Shown here piece by piece: positions 41,852-52,311 of a stretch of 64,000 bases of DNA (positions within the stretch are counted from its first letter, which is position 1; each line of letters opens with the position of its first letter). The stretch is taken from positions 46,153-110,152 of the forward strand of contig NZ_JAGSND010000001.1 in the NCBI RefSeq assembly GCF_018128545.1. The letters are read 5' to 3'. The notes below the pieces were generated by a model, which worked only from the letters and a program-made list of their open reading frames with translations, did not search any database and was not told the origin of the DNA. Source of the stretch: Sinanaerobacter chloroacetimidivorans. Its GTDB lineage: Bacteria > Bacillota > Clostridia > Peptostreptococcales > Anaerovoracaceae. The translations under genes and the position numbers were made by a program.

Positions 41852-42838
41852 ATGAAATATATAGAGGTTACAATCTATACAACAAAAGAGGGAATCGACC
41901 CGCTTACCTGTATTCTTATGGATATGGGTATAGCGGGTTTTACTATTTCCGATGCCGCAGATTTTGCAGAGTTTTTGAATAAGAAGAATTCCTATGATTG
42001 GGATTATGTGGACGAAAGCCTGATGCATCTTTCAGAAGTGGAAACCAGTATTACCTTTTATCTGGAGGAGGGGAAAGAGGAAACCGGCACAGAAGATATG
42101 AGCGGGCCCGGTAATCTTCTGCTCTTAAGCCGTCTTCATCAGGAATTGGAAGAACTGAAACGACGTGAAGGGGATTTTGGCAGACTTCATATTGAGACAA
42201 GGCTTGTAGACGATGAGGACTGGAAGGATAAGTGGAAAGAGTATTTCAAACCTGCCAGGATTACGGATCGTATCACAGTGAAACCCACCTGGGAACCCTA
42301 TGAAGGGTCAGAGAATGAACTGATTATTTCCCTTGATCCGGGGATGGCCTTCGGCACCGGCACCCATCCCACCACATCCCTATGCATAAAGCTACTGGAA
42401 AAATACTTGGAGACTGGGAAGGATGCCGTACTGGATGTAGGCTGCGGATCAGGGATTCTCGCCATTGCAGCGGCATTACTTGGAGCAAAAGAGGTAAAAG
42501 GAGTTGAAATCGATCCACAGGCCGTTCAGGTAGCCAGAGAAAACATTCGATTAAATGGACTTGAATCCAGCCTGGAAGTGCTTGAGGGAGATTTGACAAA
42601 AGGTCTGAATTATCAGGCAGAGCTTGTGGTTGCCAATCTGATGGCTGATCTTGTGATGATGCTGTCGGAGGATGTGGCAAAACACTTAAAAGGGAAAAGT
42701 ATCTATATTTCTTCGGGAATTCTGATAGAGAAGAAGGACGTTGTGGCTGATGCCATTCAGAAGTGCGGGTTTTCGATTCTTGAGATCATGGAAGAGGGAG
42801 AATGGTGCGCAATTGCCGCACAAAAGGAAAGCGTATGA
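41852..42838 (+). CDS. prmA: ribosomal protein L11 methyltransferase
   Basis: PTWEPYEG...DPGMAFGTGTHPTT...VLDVGCGSGILAIAA is the PrmA family. Confidence 0.9.
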   Translation: MKYIEVTIYTTKEGIDPLTCILMDMGIAGFTISDAADFAEFLNKKNSYDWDYVDESLMHLSEVETSITFYLEEGKEETGTEDMSGPGNLLLLSRLHQELEELKRREGDFGRLHIETRLVDDEDWKDKWKEYFKPARITDRITVKPTWEPYEGSENELIISLDPGMAFGTGTHPTTSLCIKLLEKYLETGKDAVLDVGCGSGILAIAAALLGAKEVKGVEIDPQAVQVARENIRLNGLESSLEVLEGDLTKGLNYQAELVVANLMADLVMMLSEDVAKHLKGKSIYISSGILIEKKDVVADAIQKCGFSILEIMEEGEWCAIAAQKESV

Positions 42839-43575
42839 GCAGATTTTTTGTAGATTCTACGGATATCAAAGATAATGTCATATCCATTACGGATCAGGAG
42901 GATATCCGACATATTCTGAAAGTACTGCGGCTTGGACCTGGGGATACCGTTGATATTTCTGATTCCGCAGAATTTGAATATCAAACGGAAATTATCACTA
43001 TAGATAAAAATCTTATTGAAACCAAAATACTGGATAAGCAGAAATTTGCCCGGGAGCCGGAACTAAAAATAACCCTGTTTCAGGGGATTCCAAAACAGGG
43101 GAAAATGGAAACTATTATTCAGAAAAACGTTGAACTCGGTGTCTATTCGATCATACCTGTTTTTACCCACCGTACGGTGGTAACAGATAAAGGGAGTTTC
43201 TGTAAGAAGATCGAACGCTGGCAAAAGATTTCCGATGAAGCGGTAAAACAATGCAAGAGGGGCATCATACCCGAAATCAAAAAAGAAATCCAGTTTCAGG
43301 ATGCCGTAAAGGAACTGGGACAGTATGATCTCGTTCTTTTTCCCTATGAAAATGAAGAAAACTACAGCATAAAAGCTTGTTTACGAAGTTTACAGGCAAA
43401 ACCGCAAAAGGTTGCCATCTTTATTGGGCCTGAGGGAGGGTTTTCTGATGCTGAAGCAGATGCTCTGATCGCTGCCGGAGCTGTGAGCGTATCCCTTGGG
43501 CGAACCGTTTTACGGACAGAGACGGCAGGAATGGCCGCTATTGCTATGGTAATGTATGAGCTGGAGCTATGGTAA
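42835..43575 (+). CDS. rsmE: 16S rRNA (uracil1498-N3)-methyltransferase RsmE
   Basis: MSRFFVD... is the RsmE/YqeU family. Its ATG overlaps the prmA TGA (ATGA overlap). It follows prmA as in Bacillus. Confidence 0.85.
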   Translation: MSRFFVDSTDIKDNVISITDQEDIRHILKVLRLGPGDTVDISDSAEFEYQTEIITIDKNLIETKILDKQKFAREPELKITLFQGIPKQGKMETIIQKNVELGVYSIIPVFTHRTVVTDKGSFCKKIERWQKISDEAVKQCKRGIIPEIKKEIQFQDAVKELGQYDLVLFPYENEENYSIKACLRSLQAKPQKVAIFIGPEGGFSDAEADALIAAGAVSVSLGRTVLRTETAGMAAIAMVMYELELW

Positions 43576-45564
43576 AGTATGTGCTGGAGCTATGGTTCTG
43601 AAAAATTCTTCACTGGAGGAACCGGGGGGTCTTAAGATACGCTTCAATCTGTAAAGACTGTCCGGGTCCCTCGTAACATAATTGATTCTTTCGTAGCAGG
43701 TTAAAGTTGCCCGGAAGCCTATATCCTCCAACAAGATACTTTTGGAATTGTCCTTTACAAAACCGAAGGGATACGTGAAAGCGGTAGGTGTTTGGCCTGT
43801 CATTTCCGTTATTTTGGATTGCAGCATGCCCACATCTGCCTGAAGGGCCTGTGCATAATCTTCTTCGCTTTCACCTTGTTTCTTTAACGAACCCTGTCTG
43901 CCTCTTCCGTTGTTTTCATGCATATCATAGGTGTGATTTTGGATCTCTATGAGTCCGGAGTCTGCCATTTCACGAAGCTGATCCCAGGTAAGGTAAGAAT
44001 ATTGGGCATTATTATCGTTTATTTCACTGGACTTGTCTGTGACATTACCAATGATTGAAATCACGGCTTTCATATTATACTTCTTAAGAAGGGGATAAGC
44101 ATAGAGATAATTGTTATAGTAGCCGTCATCAAAGGTGATGATGACCGGATGTTCCGGCAAAGGAGTGCCTTGATCTACATAATGAATAAGATCCTTTATA
44201 TGAATCGGCGTATAATGGTTTTCCTGTAAATATTTTAGATCATTTTCAAAGGTTTTTTCACTGACAAAAAATTTGCTGTTGATGGAATTGTTCTTCATAA
44301 TTCCATGGTACATGATAATGGGCAAGGGGATGCTTCCTTCAGGTGCCGCAGAAGCAAGAAGTGCAGCTGAGGCTTTTTCTTTACTTTCTTTATCGGGATT
44401 ATTCTCCAGATAATAGCTGGGCTCTGAAAATTGGTATTTTCTATAATATTCCTTCGTTTCTTCGCTTTGGAAAACAGGAGACTTATTTTTCGATAATAAC
44501 CTGGTGATGGCGTACATGTCTACCCAGATTTGGTTGGGGCTATCCTTCAGGCTTTCGTCAAAAATAAGCTGCATTCCGATGTGAAGATGCGGGGTATCAA
44601 TGTTATTTACATTTTCTTTTACGCTATAGCCGGTTCTTCCGGAATAGCCGATAACGTCGCCCGCCTTTACCGCTTTTCCTACATATAAATCCGCAGCGTA
44701 GGGCCGGTCTTTTCTAAGATGTGCATAGTAATAATAACGCTTTTTATCGAAACTTCGAATCCCGATACGCCAACCGCCGTATTGATTCCATCCCGTCGCT
44801 TCTACGATACCGCTTTCTACTGCAATGATCGGTGTCCCGATTCCGATCATGAGGTCATGGCCGAAATGTTTCCTGTTATAGCCGTAACTTCTGCCAGCTC
44901 CAAAATCGTCAAAATCGTTGTACCAATATCCTTGAGCTATGGGAGAAAAAGCTTTTAGACCATATTTTGACTGCCACATTACATTTCCATCCGTTTCCGT
45001 TCCGGATTCATTGGTTTCGGCATTCTCTGAATTGATGGCATTACCCTGTTCCTTGCTATCTACCGGAACCTGAATCATGAATTCACCAAGAAACCCTCCT
45101 AATACGGCAGTATAAGCTTCTTTGTAGTAGTTATAGAGCTTCAGATCCTTTGCTATGATCTCTATGGGCTCTCCTTGATTCAGTCTTTCAACAAGGGCTT
45201 TCAGATCCTTTTCTTTATAATTTTTGAAATTTCCTCCATATTTTGCTCCTAGATATGCCAGAAGCTCGATCCAATTTAAATGATTCTCCGTTTCATAGGT
45301 TTCGATATCCATATACATGGTTTTTTCCAGAAGACTATAAGGCACGTCAAAATCTACCCACTTAATGGTTTCGCTATCACTTGTTTTTTGCTGTATTGCC
45401 GGCAAATTTACAGGCAGGGCATTGATAACTAACAAAATAAAAGCAACAGCCAATGTAAAAGCACCCAAAGCTATCATTTTTAAAAGCTTTGGATGCCGAA
45501 ACCCGAAATATTTGATTTTTTTCCATTTCACTTTCAACAGTTCATACCCCCAAAACAGCATCAT
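43567..45564 (-). CDS. membrane-anchored fusion protein: M23 (LytM-type) metallopeptidase domain + NodB-type polysaccharide deacetylase domain
   Basis: N-terminal TM segment. M23 motifs HFGHDL and TPHLHIGM, then a NodB homology domain (IMYHGI, ITFDDGYYN). 665 aa, start codon uncertain. Confidence 0.7.
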   Translation of the reverse strand: MMLFWGYELLKVKWKKIKYFGFRHPKLLKMIALGAFTLAVAFILLVINALPVNLPAIQQKTSDSETIKWVDFDVPYSLLEKTMYMDIETYETENHLNWIELLAYLGAKYGGNFKNYKEKDLKALVERLNQGEPIEIIAKDLKLYNYYKEAYTAVLGGFLGEFMIQVPVDSKEQGNAINSENAETNESGTETDGNVMWQSKYGLKAFSPIAQGYWYNDFDDFGAGRSYGYNRKHFGHDLMIGIGTPIIAVESGIVEATGWNQYGGWRIGIRSFDKKRYYYYAHLRKDRPYAADLYVGKAVKAGDVIGYSGRTGYSVKENVNNIDTPHLHIGMQLIFDESLKDSPNQIWVDMYAITRLLSKNKSPVFQSEETKEYYRKYQFSEPSYYLENNPDKESKEKASAALLASAAPEGSIPLPIIMYHGIMKNNSINSKFFVSEKTFENDLKYLQENHYTPIHIKDLIHYVDQGTPLPEHPVIITFDDGYYNNYLYAYPLLKKYNMKAVISIIGNVTDKSSEINDNNAQYSYLTWDQLREMADSGLIEIQNHTYDMHENNGRGRQGSLKKQGESEEDYAQALQADVGMLQSKITEMTGQTPTAFTYPFGFVKDNSKSILLEDIGFRATLTCYERINYVTRDPDSLYRLKRILRPPGSSSEEFFRTIAPAHTLP

Positions 45565-45654
45565 AACATTACAATATGTATGCTGAACGCTGACCTTTTA
45601 TGATTGGAGGGAGGAAGAATTTACCTGAAAGCAAAGAAATATGCAGTCGGAGGC

Positions 45655-47628
45655 TTACTGATAATCGTAATTTCCGAAAACCACTTCTCCGTTAAAGATG
45701 GTGGTCAATACTTTGGTTTTATCGATATCTAAAGGATTGATTTTGTAAATATCCTGGTCCACAACGATCATATCTGCATATTTTCCTTTTACAATGGAAC
45801 CAATGGTGTCTTCTCTAAAGAGCTGGTAAGCACCGTTAATGGTATAGGCTTTTACCATTTCTTGAACAGGGACTCTTTCAGCTGAATTCAGGAGCCATGT
45901 TGGATCATTGATATCCGAGATGTCCTCGACCCCGTAATATTCAGCATTATTCAGATTTCTTGTCACATCTGCTTCAATAGACCAGAAGGGATTGTTAATT
46001 GGGGATACCGGATGGTCGCCAGAGGCTGTTAAAACGGCTCCGGAATCCAACAGGGATTTTACAGGGTATTCCTTCCAGGCACGGTCATTTCCAAGTGCAA
46101 TTTTATCTACATATTCCCACCATTCCGGTTCTTTGAAATGCCAGAACGGCTGGAGCGCTGCTATGATATCCAGTTCACCGAATCTCGGATAGTCAGACTC
46201 GTCAACAACCTGCAGATGAGTAATGACGTTCCTGTTGTCCGTCGTACTGTTGTCTTTTTGGGCATATTCCAGGGAATCCAGTACCAGTCTTGTGGCAGCA
46301 TCACCAATGGAGTGAACATGAATCTGGAAGCCCTCTTCCATAACTCTATCAAAATAATGATCCAATTGATCCGGATTCCAATAAAACTCAGAGACATAAT
46401 CCGGCTCTAAGCCTGCCGCTTTGTCATAGGGCTCTAATAGGTATCCTGTCATGCCCTCTACCACACCGTCCGCAAAGAATTTCGCTGTGGTAACATCGAT
46501 TAAATCAGAATCGAGGGTATCCCGCATATGTATTAATTCCTGAAGCTGGGGTTCAAAGGGCTCATCATTATTAATTTCATTGGCTAGGTTCACCCGAAGC
46601 TTTAATTCACCCTTTTCTTCCAGTTCTTTATAGCGTTCCACATTTACAAAGCTGGGTGCTATGGCCATTATTCCTGTGTAACCCCAGGCGTGCATACTAT
46701 CCTGAAAATACTGCAGGGCTTTGGATTCCTGTTCCGGTGTAAAAGATTGCTCCATTTTTATTAACTGGGAAGCATCGGTAATGGATCCCCATAGCTCTCC
46801 GGTAACGGGATCTTTTTGAATCAATCCTCCTGGAGGATTTGGGGTGGCCTTGGTAATGCCGTTCATTTCCAAAGCTTTGCTGTTCAGCCACATGTTATGT
46901 CCGTCATTGGATGTCAGAATAACCGGCTTATCAGGACATATTTCATCCAGCCATTCGGCTTTCGGCCCTTTTGCATCTCCGGCCATGCCGACAGTATAAC
47001 CGGTGCCCCAATATTCATCTAAATGGGGGTTTGCTTTGATAAATTTCTGAATATCTGCAAGAGTCTGCTCTTTTGTAATGGATTCGTAAAGATAGATTTC
47101 AAATAGTTCTGTGAGAGCGGTGCCGGGAGCATGTACATGGGCATCAATCATACCCGGCATGACAATTTTTCCACCCAAATCCACAAGCTTTGTTGAATTC
47201 CCTAGATAAGCATTCATATTTGATTTGCTGCCGAGATCGAGAATTTTACCGCCTTTGACGGCTACTGCCTCTGCAACCGGATTTTTTTCGTCCATGGTGT
47301 AGATGGTACCGTTATAGAGGATGGTATCTGCTGCTTCAGATGGATCGACGGCAGATGATGGTTGGGGAAGAGAATCGGATTCATGAGATGTCGTGTTTGA
47401 GGCCCTGGAATCAGGAATTTGAATTACCTGATTCACATAGATAAGATTTGGATCTTTGATTTTGTTGTACTCTGCCAACTCCTGATAGGATTTCTGGTAT
47501 TTTTCTGCGATTTTCCATAAAACGTCTCCGGATTTAACGGTGTAAGATTCATCTGCAAATGCAAATCCAAAACTGCTTAGAACTAGCAGGGCTGCGAGGA
47601 CCAGACTTAAAAAAGCCCTTTTTTTCAT
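45655..47628 (-). CDS. secreted LysM-domain protein fused to amidohydrolase-family (Amidohydro_3-like) metal-dependent hydrolase
   Basis: Signal peptide MKKRAFLSLVLAALLVLSSFGFAFA. A LysM domain (YTVKSGDVLWKIAEKY...VNQVIQIP), then IDAHVHA metal-binding motif. 657 aa. Confidence 0.7.
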   Translation of the reverse strand: MKKRAFLSLVLAALLVLSSFGFAFADESYTVKSGDVLWKIAEKYQKSYQELAEYNKIKDPNLIYVNQVIQIPDSRASNTTSHESDSLPQPSSAVDPSEAADTILYNGTIYTMDEKNPVAEAVAVKGGKILDLGSKSNMNAYLGNSTKLVDLGGKIVMPGMIDAHVHAPGTALTELFEIYLYESITKEQTLADIQKFIKANPHLDEYWGTGYTVGMAGDAKGPKAEWLDEICPDKPVILTSNDGHNMWLNSKALEMNGITKATPNPPGGLIQKDPVTGELWGSITDASQLIKMEQSFTPEQESKALQYFQDSMHAWGYTGIMAIAPSFVNVERYKELEEKGELKLRVNLANEINNDEPFEPQLQELIHMRDTLDSDLIDVTTAKFFADGVVEGMTGYLLEPYDKAAGLEPDYVSEFYWNPDQLDHYFDRVMEEGFQIHVHSIGDAATRLVLDSLEYAQKDNSTTDNRNVITHLQVVDESDYPRFGELDIIAALQPFWHFKEPEWWEYVDKIALGNDRAWKEYPVKSLLDSGAVLTASGDHPVSPINNPFWSIEADVTRNLNNAEYYGVEDISDINDPTWLLNSAERVPVQEMVKAYTINGAYQLFREDTIGSIVKGKYADMIVVDQDIYKINPLDIDKTKVLTTIFNGEVVFGNYDYQ

Positions 47629-47876
47629 AAAAAAACCTCCTTACCTTATTAAATTTAGCATCTAGATACCATATCTTAGCATATCCATCTTTGGTTTGAC
47701 AATTCTAAATCCGGAAAATGTTTCCAATGCCTTCTAGATCTTTCGATTCTGTCCATTATGATTTACATAAAATAAAGAAACTGATAAAATGGAATTGTTA
47801 TAAATAATTCATGTCAGAAGAAAATAGTAAGGATCATGACAGTAAAATCAGATTACAAAAGAAAACGGAGTATACT

Positions 47877-49232
47877 ATGAAAATTGCATTTCACACCCTT
47901 GGCTGCAAGGTCAATCAATATGAAACACAAGCACTGAAGGAAAAATTTATAGAACGGGGTTATGAAATTACCAGTGATGATGACTTCGCGGATGTCTATG
48001 TCATAAATACCTGTACCGTAACCGGATTATCCGATCGAAAATCAAGACAGTTTATCAGGCGGGTAAAAAAGATCAATCCCGACAGTATAACTGCCGTTAT
48101 CGGGTGCTATGTTCAGGTGAGCCCTGAGGAAGCATCGCAGATCGAAGGGGTAGATCTCATTGCCGGTACAAATGAAAAGAACCATTTACCTGAATATATT
48201 GAAGAATACCTGATGGGCAGAGGGTCTTCCGTTCACATCAAAGAATATGACCAGCTGACAGAATATGAGGAAACCGGAATCATCACCTCCATGGACACAA
48301 GAACCAGAGCCTTTATTAAGATACAGGAAGGGTGTGACAGATTTTGTTCGTACTGTATCATACCCTATGCCAGAGGGGCAGTCAGAAGCAGGGCGAGAAC
48401 GGAAATTGTAAAGGAAGCAGAGCGACTCATTGAAAAGGGATATAAGGAATTGGTACTTACGGGCATTAATACGGCGTTATATGGGATGGAAAAGGGATTT
48501 GATTCCCGGGGAGGCAAGCAGGAAGCTGTCAAATCCTCCGAAGATGAAGTTTACGGTATAGAGATTATTGTAAAGGCGTTGGATGAATTACCTGGAGATT
48601 TCAGAATTCGTCTGGGATCCCTCGAGCCCAATGTAATCAGTGCGGAATACGCGAAAAGATTGCTGAAATATAAGCGGCTTTGCCCGCATATGCATCTGTC
48701 TCTTCAAAGCGGCAGTGACAGGATCCTGAAACAAATGAATCGAAACTATGCGTCAGCCGATTATTTAAAATTGGTGGACCTTTTGAAAGAGCATGATCCC
48801 GGATATGGGATTACAACCGATATCATCGTAGGGTTTCCCGGGGAGACTGAAGAGGATTTCAGCGAGAGTGTCAAGATCGTAAAAAAAGCAGGCTTATCCA
48901 AGGTGCATGTTTTTAAATATTCGAAACGGGAAGGAACAAAGGCTGCAGAGATGAAAGAACAGATTGCACCGCAGATCAAAGCAAAGCGCAGTGAAGAACT
49001 GATAAAAGCAGGCGAGGAGGCCGGGAAGCGGTTTCTGCTTCAAAACCTTGGAACAATCAGAACTGTGCTGATAGAGCAATGTGATCCGAATACCGGACTT
49101 TATGAAGGATTTTCAGAAAATTATATAAAAGTATATTGCAGGAGCGATCAGAATATCAGCAATCAGTTTGCAGCTGTAAAGCTGATTGAAGTTTATTCTG
49201 ACGGGGTATTAGGTAACCTGATAAATTCATAG
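47877..49232 (+). CDS. mtaB: tRNA threonylcarbamoyladenosine methylthiotransferase MtaB (radical SAM, YqeV)
   Basis: MKIAFHTLGCKVNQYETQ (MTTase N-terminus), CSYCIIP radical SAM motif, TRAM C-terminus. A longer start at 47811 is possible. Confidence 0.8.
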   Translation: MKIAFHTLGCKVNQYETQALKEKFIERGYEITSDDDFADVYVINTCTVTGLSDRKSRQFIRRVKKINPDSITAVIGCYVQVSPEEASQIEGVDLIAGTNEKNHLPEYIEEYLMGRGSSVHIKEYDQLTEYEETGIITSMDTRTRAFIKIQEGCDRFCSYCIIPYARGAVRSRARTEIVKEAERLIEKGYKELVLTGINTALYGMEKGFDSRGGKQEAVKSSEDEVYGIEIIVKALDELPGDFRIRLGSLEPNVISAEYAKRLLKYKRLCPHMHLSLQSGSDRILKQMNRNYASADYLKLVDLLKEHDPGYGITTDIIVGFPGETEEDFSESVKIVKKAGLSKVHVFKYSKREGTKAAEMKEQIAPQIKAKRSEELIKAGEEAGKRFLLQNLGTIRTVLIEQCDPNTGLYEGFSENYIKVYCRSDQNISNQFAAVKLIEVYSDGVLGNLINS

Positions 49233-49244
49233 GAGGGAACGAAA

Positions 49245-49814
49245 TTGCGTAAAATAATCATTCTGCTGCTGATGGGGATCTTACTCTCTGCCGGCCTATT
49301 CACCGGATGCGGAGGTCAGGATACGGATCAGGACACCGGGAAAAATAAAGCTGGTAATCCCGCGGACTTTACCAGCTTTCAAACCACCGATATTTATGGT
49401 AATGAAATCAATCAGGACATTTTTAAAGATTACGATCTGACCATGATCAATGTTTGGGGTACTTTTTGCGGACCCTGCGTCGAAGAGATGCCCTTTCTCG
49501 GAGAGCTCCAAAAAGAATATAAGGAAAAAGGCGTAAACATTGTCGGTATCGTCGTTGATGTTCAGGACAACAACCTGAAGGTTATTGAGAAACAAGTAAA
49601 ACTTGCAAAAGAAATTACTGAAACTACTGGTGCTGATTATACGCATATGATTGTGTCACCTGAAATGATCGATGCAAAACTTGGTGAGATTGCATCCATT
49701 CCTGCTACTTTTTTTGTAGACAGCAAAGGAAACTTTGTAGGGGAAACCTACATCGGTTCCAGAGAAAAGAAAGACTGGACGGCGATCATTGAAGAAAAAC
49801 TAGGAGAAGAATAG
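49245..49814 (+). CDS. thioredoxin-fold lipoprotein (TlpA/ResA-like thiol-disulfide oxidoreductase)
   Basis: Lipobox [18 protein letters not shown] CxxC redox motif. 189 aa. Confidence 0.75.
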   Translation: MRKIIILLLMGILLSAGLFTGCGGQDTDQDTGKNKAGNPADFTSFQTTDIYGNEINQDIFKDYDLTMINVWGTFCGPCVEEMPFLGELQKEYKEKGVNIVGIVVDVQDNNLKVIEKQVKLAKEITETTGADYTHMIVSPEMIDAKLGEIASIPATFFVDSKGNFVGETYIGSREKKDWTAIIEEKLGEE

Positions 49815-49815
49815 A

Positions 49816-49950
49816 ATGAAAAACCTTGTGTCCGCAGCCATTTTTCTGTCCGGTGCCGCTTTCATGATTGCCGGTTATTTTCGGGGGGAGGCGGCAGTTG
49901 TCCTGCGCAAAGCCGTCAATATTTGTTTGGAGTGTATCGGAATTGGTTAA
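49816..49950 (+). CDS. 44-aa hydrophobic micro-protein with C-terminal CxxC (CLEC) motif, not in 6-frame track
   Basis: [47 protein letters not shown] 49816 is 2 nt after the trx gene stop, and the ORF ends at or overlaps the start of the polyferredoxin gene. It resembles small CXXC proteins that accompany such clusters in Clostridia; the family name is unverified. Confidence 0.4.
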   Translation: MKNLVSAAIFLSGAAFMIAGYFRGEAAVVLRKAVNICLECIGIG

Positions 49951-50821
49951 TTGGGTTGCAAACAGCAGAGATAAAATAAGAAATTGGGTACAAATCTGTT
50001 TCTTTGCCATTACGAACAGTTATATAAAAGGTTTTACGGAAGGCACTATTTATACAGGATCCGGCAAGGTACTTTGTCTCCCGGGATTAAACTGTTATTC
50101 CTGTCCGGGGGCGTTGGGCTCCTGTCCTATTGGAGCCCTTCAATCGGTCCTTGCCAGCAGAGATTATCGGTTTTCTTTCTATATAATCGGATTTCTCATG
50201 ATGACAGGTGCACTTCTTGGAAGATTTGTCTGCGGCTGGCTATGTCCCTTCGGACTGGTGCAGGATCTGCTGCATAAAATACCTTGGGGCATAAAATATA
50301 AACAGATCAAAGGTGAACGGCTTTTAAAAGGTGTAAAATACATAATTTTAATTGTCTTTGTAATTTTACTTCCTTTATTTGTCCTTGATTTTTTTGGTCA
50401 GGGTGAGCCTTGGTTCTGCAAATGGATCTGTCCCTCGGGAACTCTAATGGCAGGCTGGCCTTTGGTAATCGCCAATAAGGGAATTCGGGAGATCGTCGGG
50501 TTTTTATTTGCCTGGAAGAATTTAATCTTAATATCCCTGATTCTTTTGTCGGTTATCATTTATCGTCCATTTTGCAGATTCCTGTGCCCCTTGGGGGCTG
50601 TTTACGGCCTGTTTAATCCGGTATCCTTCTACCAGTATAAATTGAATCAGCATGCATGCACACACTGTAAGAAGTGTCAATATGTATGCAAAATGAATAT
50701 ACCGGTATATGAGCAGCCAAACAGTATGGAGTGTATTCGATGCGGCGACTGCGTAAAAAACTGTCCGACAAAAGCAATATCACATAAGAATCACTTGATG
50801 AAAAAAAAGAACATGTTATAA
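49943..50821 (+). CDS. membrane-bound 4Fe-4S polyferredoxin (NapH/MauN-like)
   Basis: CxxC/CP motifs: [59 protein letters not shown]. Several TM helices. The start is uncertain: TTG 49943, or in-frame from 49868. Confidence 0.65.
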   Translation: MVNWVANSRDKIRNWVQICFFAITNSYIKGFTEGTIYTGSGKVLCLPGLNCYSCPGALGSCPIGALQSVLASRDYRFSFYIIGFLMMTGALLGRFVCGWLCPFGLVQDLLHKIPWGIKYKQIKGERLLKGVKYIILIVFVILLPLFVLDFFGQGEPWFCKWICPSGTLMAGWPLVIANKGIREIVGFLFAWKNLILISLILLSVIIYRPFCRFLCPLGAVYGLFNPVSFYQYKLNQHACTHCKKCQYVCKMNIPVYEQPNSMECIRCGDCVKNCPTKAISHKNHLMKKKNML

Positions 50822-51013
50822 TAGTGAAAGGAATTGAAATGGAAAAGTATTTAATGCCTGTTGCATTAGTAATTCTGATCCTTTCAACGGTGATGATTAC
50901 GATCATTGGGGAAGCGAATGCGGATGACATGGCTCGGGATGGGGCCTGTATCGAAAGCCGCAGCTGTGCCATAAGATATATCGATCGATTGGAAGAGAAA
51001 TAGGAGTGAAGCG

Positions 51014-51355
51014 ATGAATGATTGTATTTTTTGCATGATTGCAAATAAGGACATCCCCTCGAAGATTGTCTATGAGGACGATCATATAATTGTATTTCAT
51101 GATTTGGAACCACAAGCACCGGTTCATGTATTAGTAATCCCCAAAAAGCATATCGGATCAATGGATGATGTACAACCTGAAGATGCTGAATTGCTGGGAT
51201 ATTTAATGACGAAAATCAAGGATATTGCAAAAACTTTGGAGCTGGAAAACGGTTATCGTCTGATAAACAACTGCGGCGAAGACGGTCTGCAAACCGTCAA
51301 ACATTTGCATTTTCATTTATTAGGAAAAAGAAGATTAACTTGGCCGCCAGGTTGA
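51014..51355 (+). CDS. HIT-family (histidine triad) nucleotide-binding protein
   Basis: MNDCIFCMI... and the HLHFHLLG histidine triad. 113 aa. Confidence 0.85.
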   Translation: MNDCIFCMIANKDIPSKIVYEDDHIIVFHDLEPQAPVHVLVIPKKHIGSMDDVQPEDAELLGYLMTKIKDIAKTLELENGYRLINNCGEDGLQTVKHLHFHLLGKRRLTWPPG

Positions 51356-51366
51356 TCAAAAAAAAC

Positions 51367-51395
51367 TTGCTTAATATATGAAAAGAATGTATAAT
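51367..51395 (+). promoter_or_regulatory. sigma-A-like promoter (TTGCTT-17-TATAAT) for rpsU-yqeY
   Basis: TTGCTT at 51367-51372, TATAAT at 51390-51395. Confidence 0.45.
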
Positions 51396-51469
51396 ATTTT
51401 TGTTATAGGCAAATCCGTTTTTATAAGCATCTAAGTGATTTCAGAACATGGAGGGAGGGGAATGGATAA

Positions 51470-51649
51470 ATGGCACAAGTAGTTGTAAGAGAAAACGAAA
51501 GTTTAGAAAGCGCGCTGAAAAGGTTTAAGCGTTCTTGCGCAAGAGATGGAGTAATGTCTGAGCTAAGAAAAAGAGAACATTATGAAAAGCCAAGCGTAAA
51601 GAGAAAAAAGAAGTCAGAAGCCGCAAGGAAAAAGGCTAAGAAATTCTAA
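51470..51649 (+). CDS. rpsU: 30S ribosomal protein S21 (missed by ≥60-aa ORF track)
   Basis: [59 protein letters not shown] (59 aa). SD GGAGGGAGGGG upstream. Followed by yqeY as in Bacillus. Confidence 0.9.
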   Translation: MAQVVVRENESLESALKRFKRSCARDGVMSELRKREHYEKPSVKRKKKSEAARKKAKKF

Positions 51650-51667
51650 AAAGAGGTGTTATGACTA

Positions 51668-52111
51668 ATGTCTTTGAAAGACAGATTATCAAGTGATTTC
51701 AAGGATGCAATGAAAGCAAAAGATGAAATCAGAAAAAATACGGTGAATTTAGCTCGTGCGGCTATCAAGCAGCATGAAGTTGATAATAGAGTAGAATTGG
51801 ATGATCAAGCTATCATTGATATCTTGACCAAACAAGTAAAAATGAGAAAAGATGCCCTCTCTGATTTTGAAAAAGCAGGAAGAACGGATCTTTTAGACGC
51901 CTATAACGCAGAAATAGCGATTTTAATGGAGTATTTACCGAAACAGCTTACTGATGAAGAAATTACGGAAATTGTAAAAGCTACTGCCGCAGAGCTTGGA
52001 ATAGAAGGCGGCAAGCAGAATATGGGCAAACTGATCGGTGCGGTCATGCCGAAGGTAAAAGGTGTCGCCGATGGCGGTGTCGTTCGGAAGATCATCGAAG
52101 GAATGCTTTAA
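51668..52111 (+). CDS. yqeY: GatB/YqeY domain protein
   Basis: 147 aa, the DFKDAMKAKDE...LDAYNAEIAILMEYLP pattern of the YqeY family. Downstream of rpsU. Confidence 0.8.
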   Translation: MSLKDRLSSDFKDAMKAKDEIRKNTVNLARAAIKQHEVDNRVELDDQAIIDILTKQVKMRKDALSDFEKAGRTDLLDAYNAEIAILMEYLPKQLTDEEITEIVKATAAELGIEGGKQNMGKLIGAVMPKVKGVADGGVVRKIIEGML

Positions 52112-52219
52112 TTGAAAAATTACGTAACACGGAAATCTGCAAATGATTTATGATTTCCTGGCACATAGGCTCATCATCAATTTGATTTCAAATTGGAGAG
52201 CTTCTATCATGAAATTTAT

Positions 52220-52250
52220 AACCTGGTGTAACAACCAGGTTATTTTTTAT
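52220..52250 (+). terminator. intrinsic terminator after yqeY
   Basis: AACCTGGT (52220-52227) pairs with ACCAGGTT (52234-52241), followed by ATTTTTTAT. Confidence 0.65.
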
Positions 52251-52311
52251 GTACTGAAACATAAACTATTAATAATGCAGCGAAGCGGAAAACCTTAATA
52301 TGGAGGTGGAT

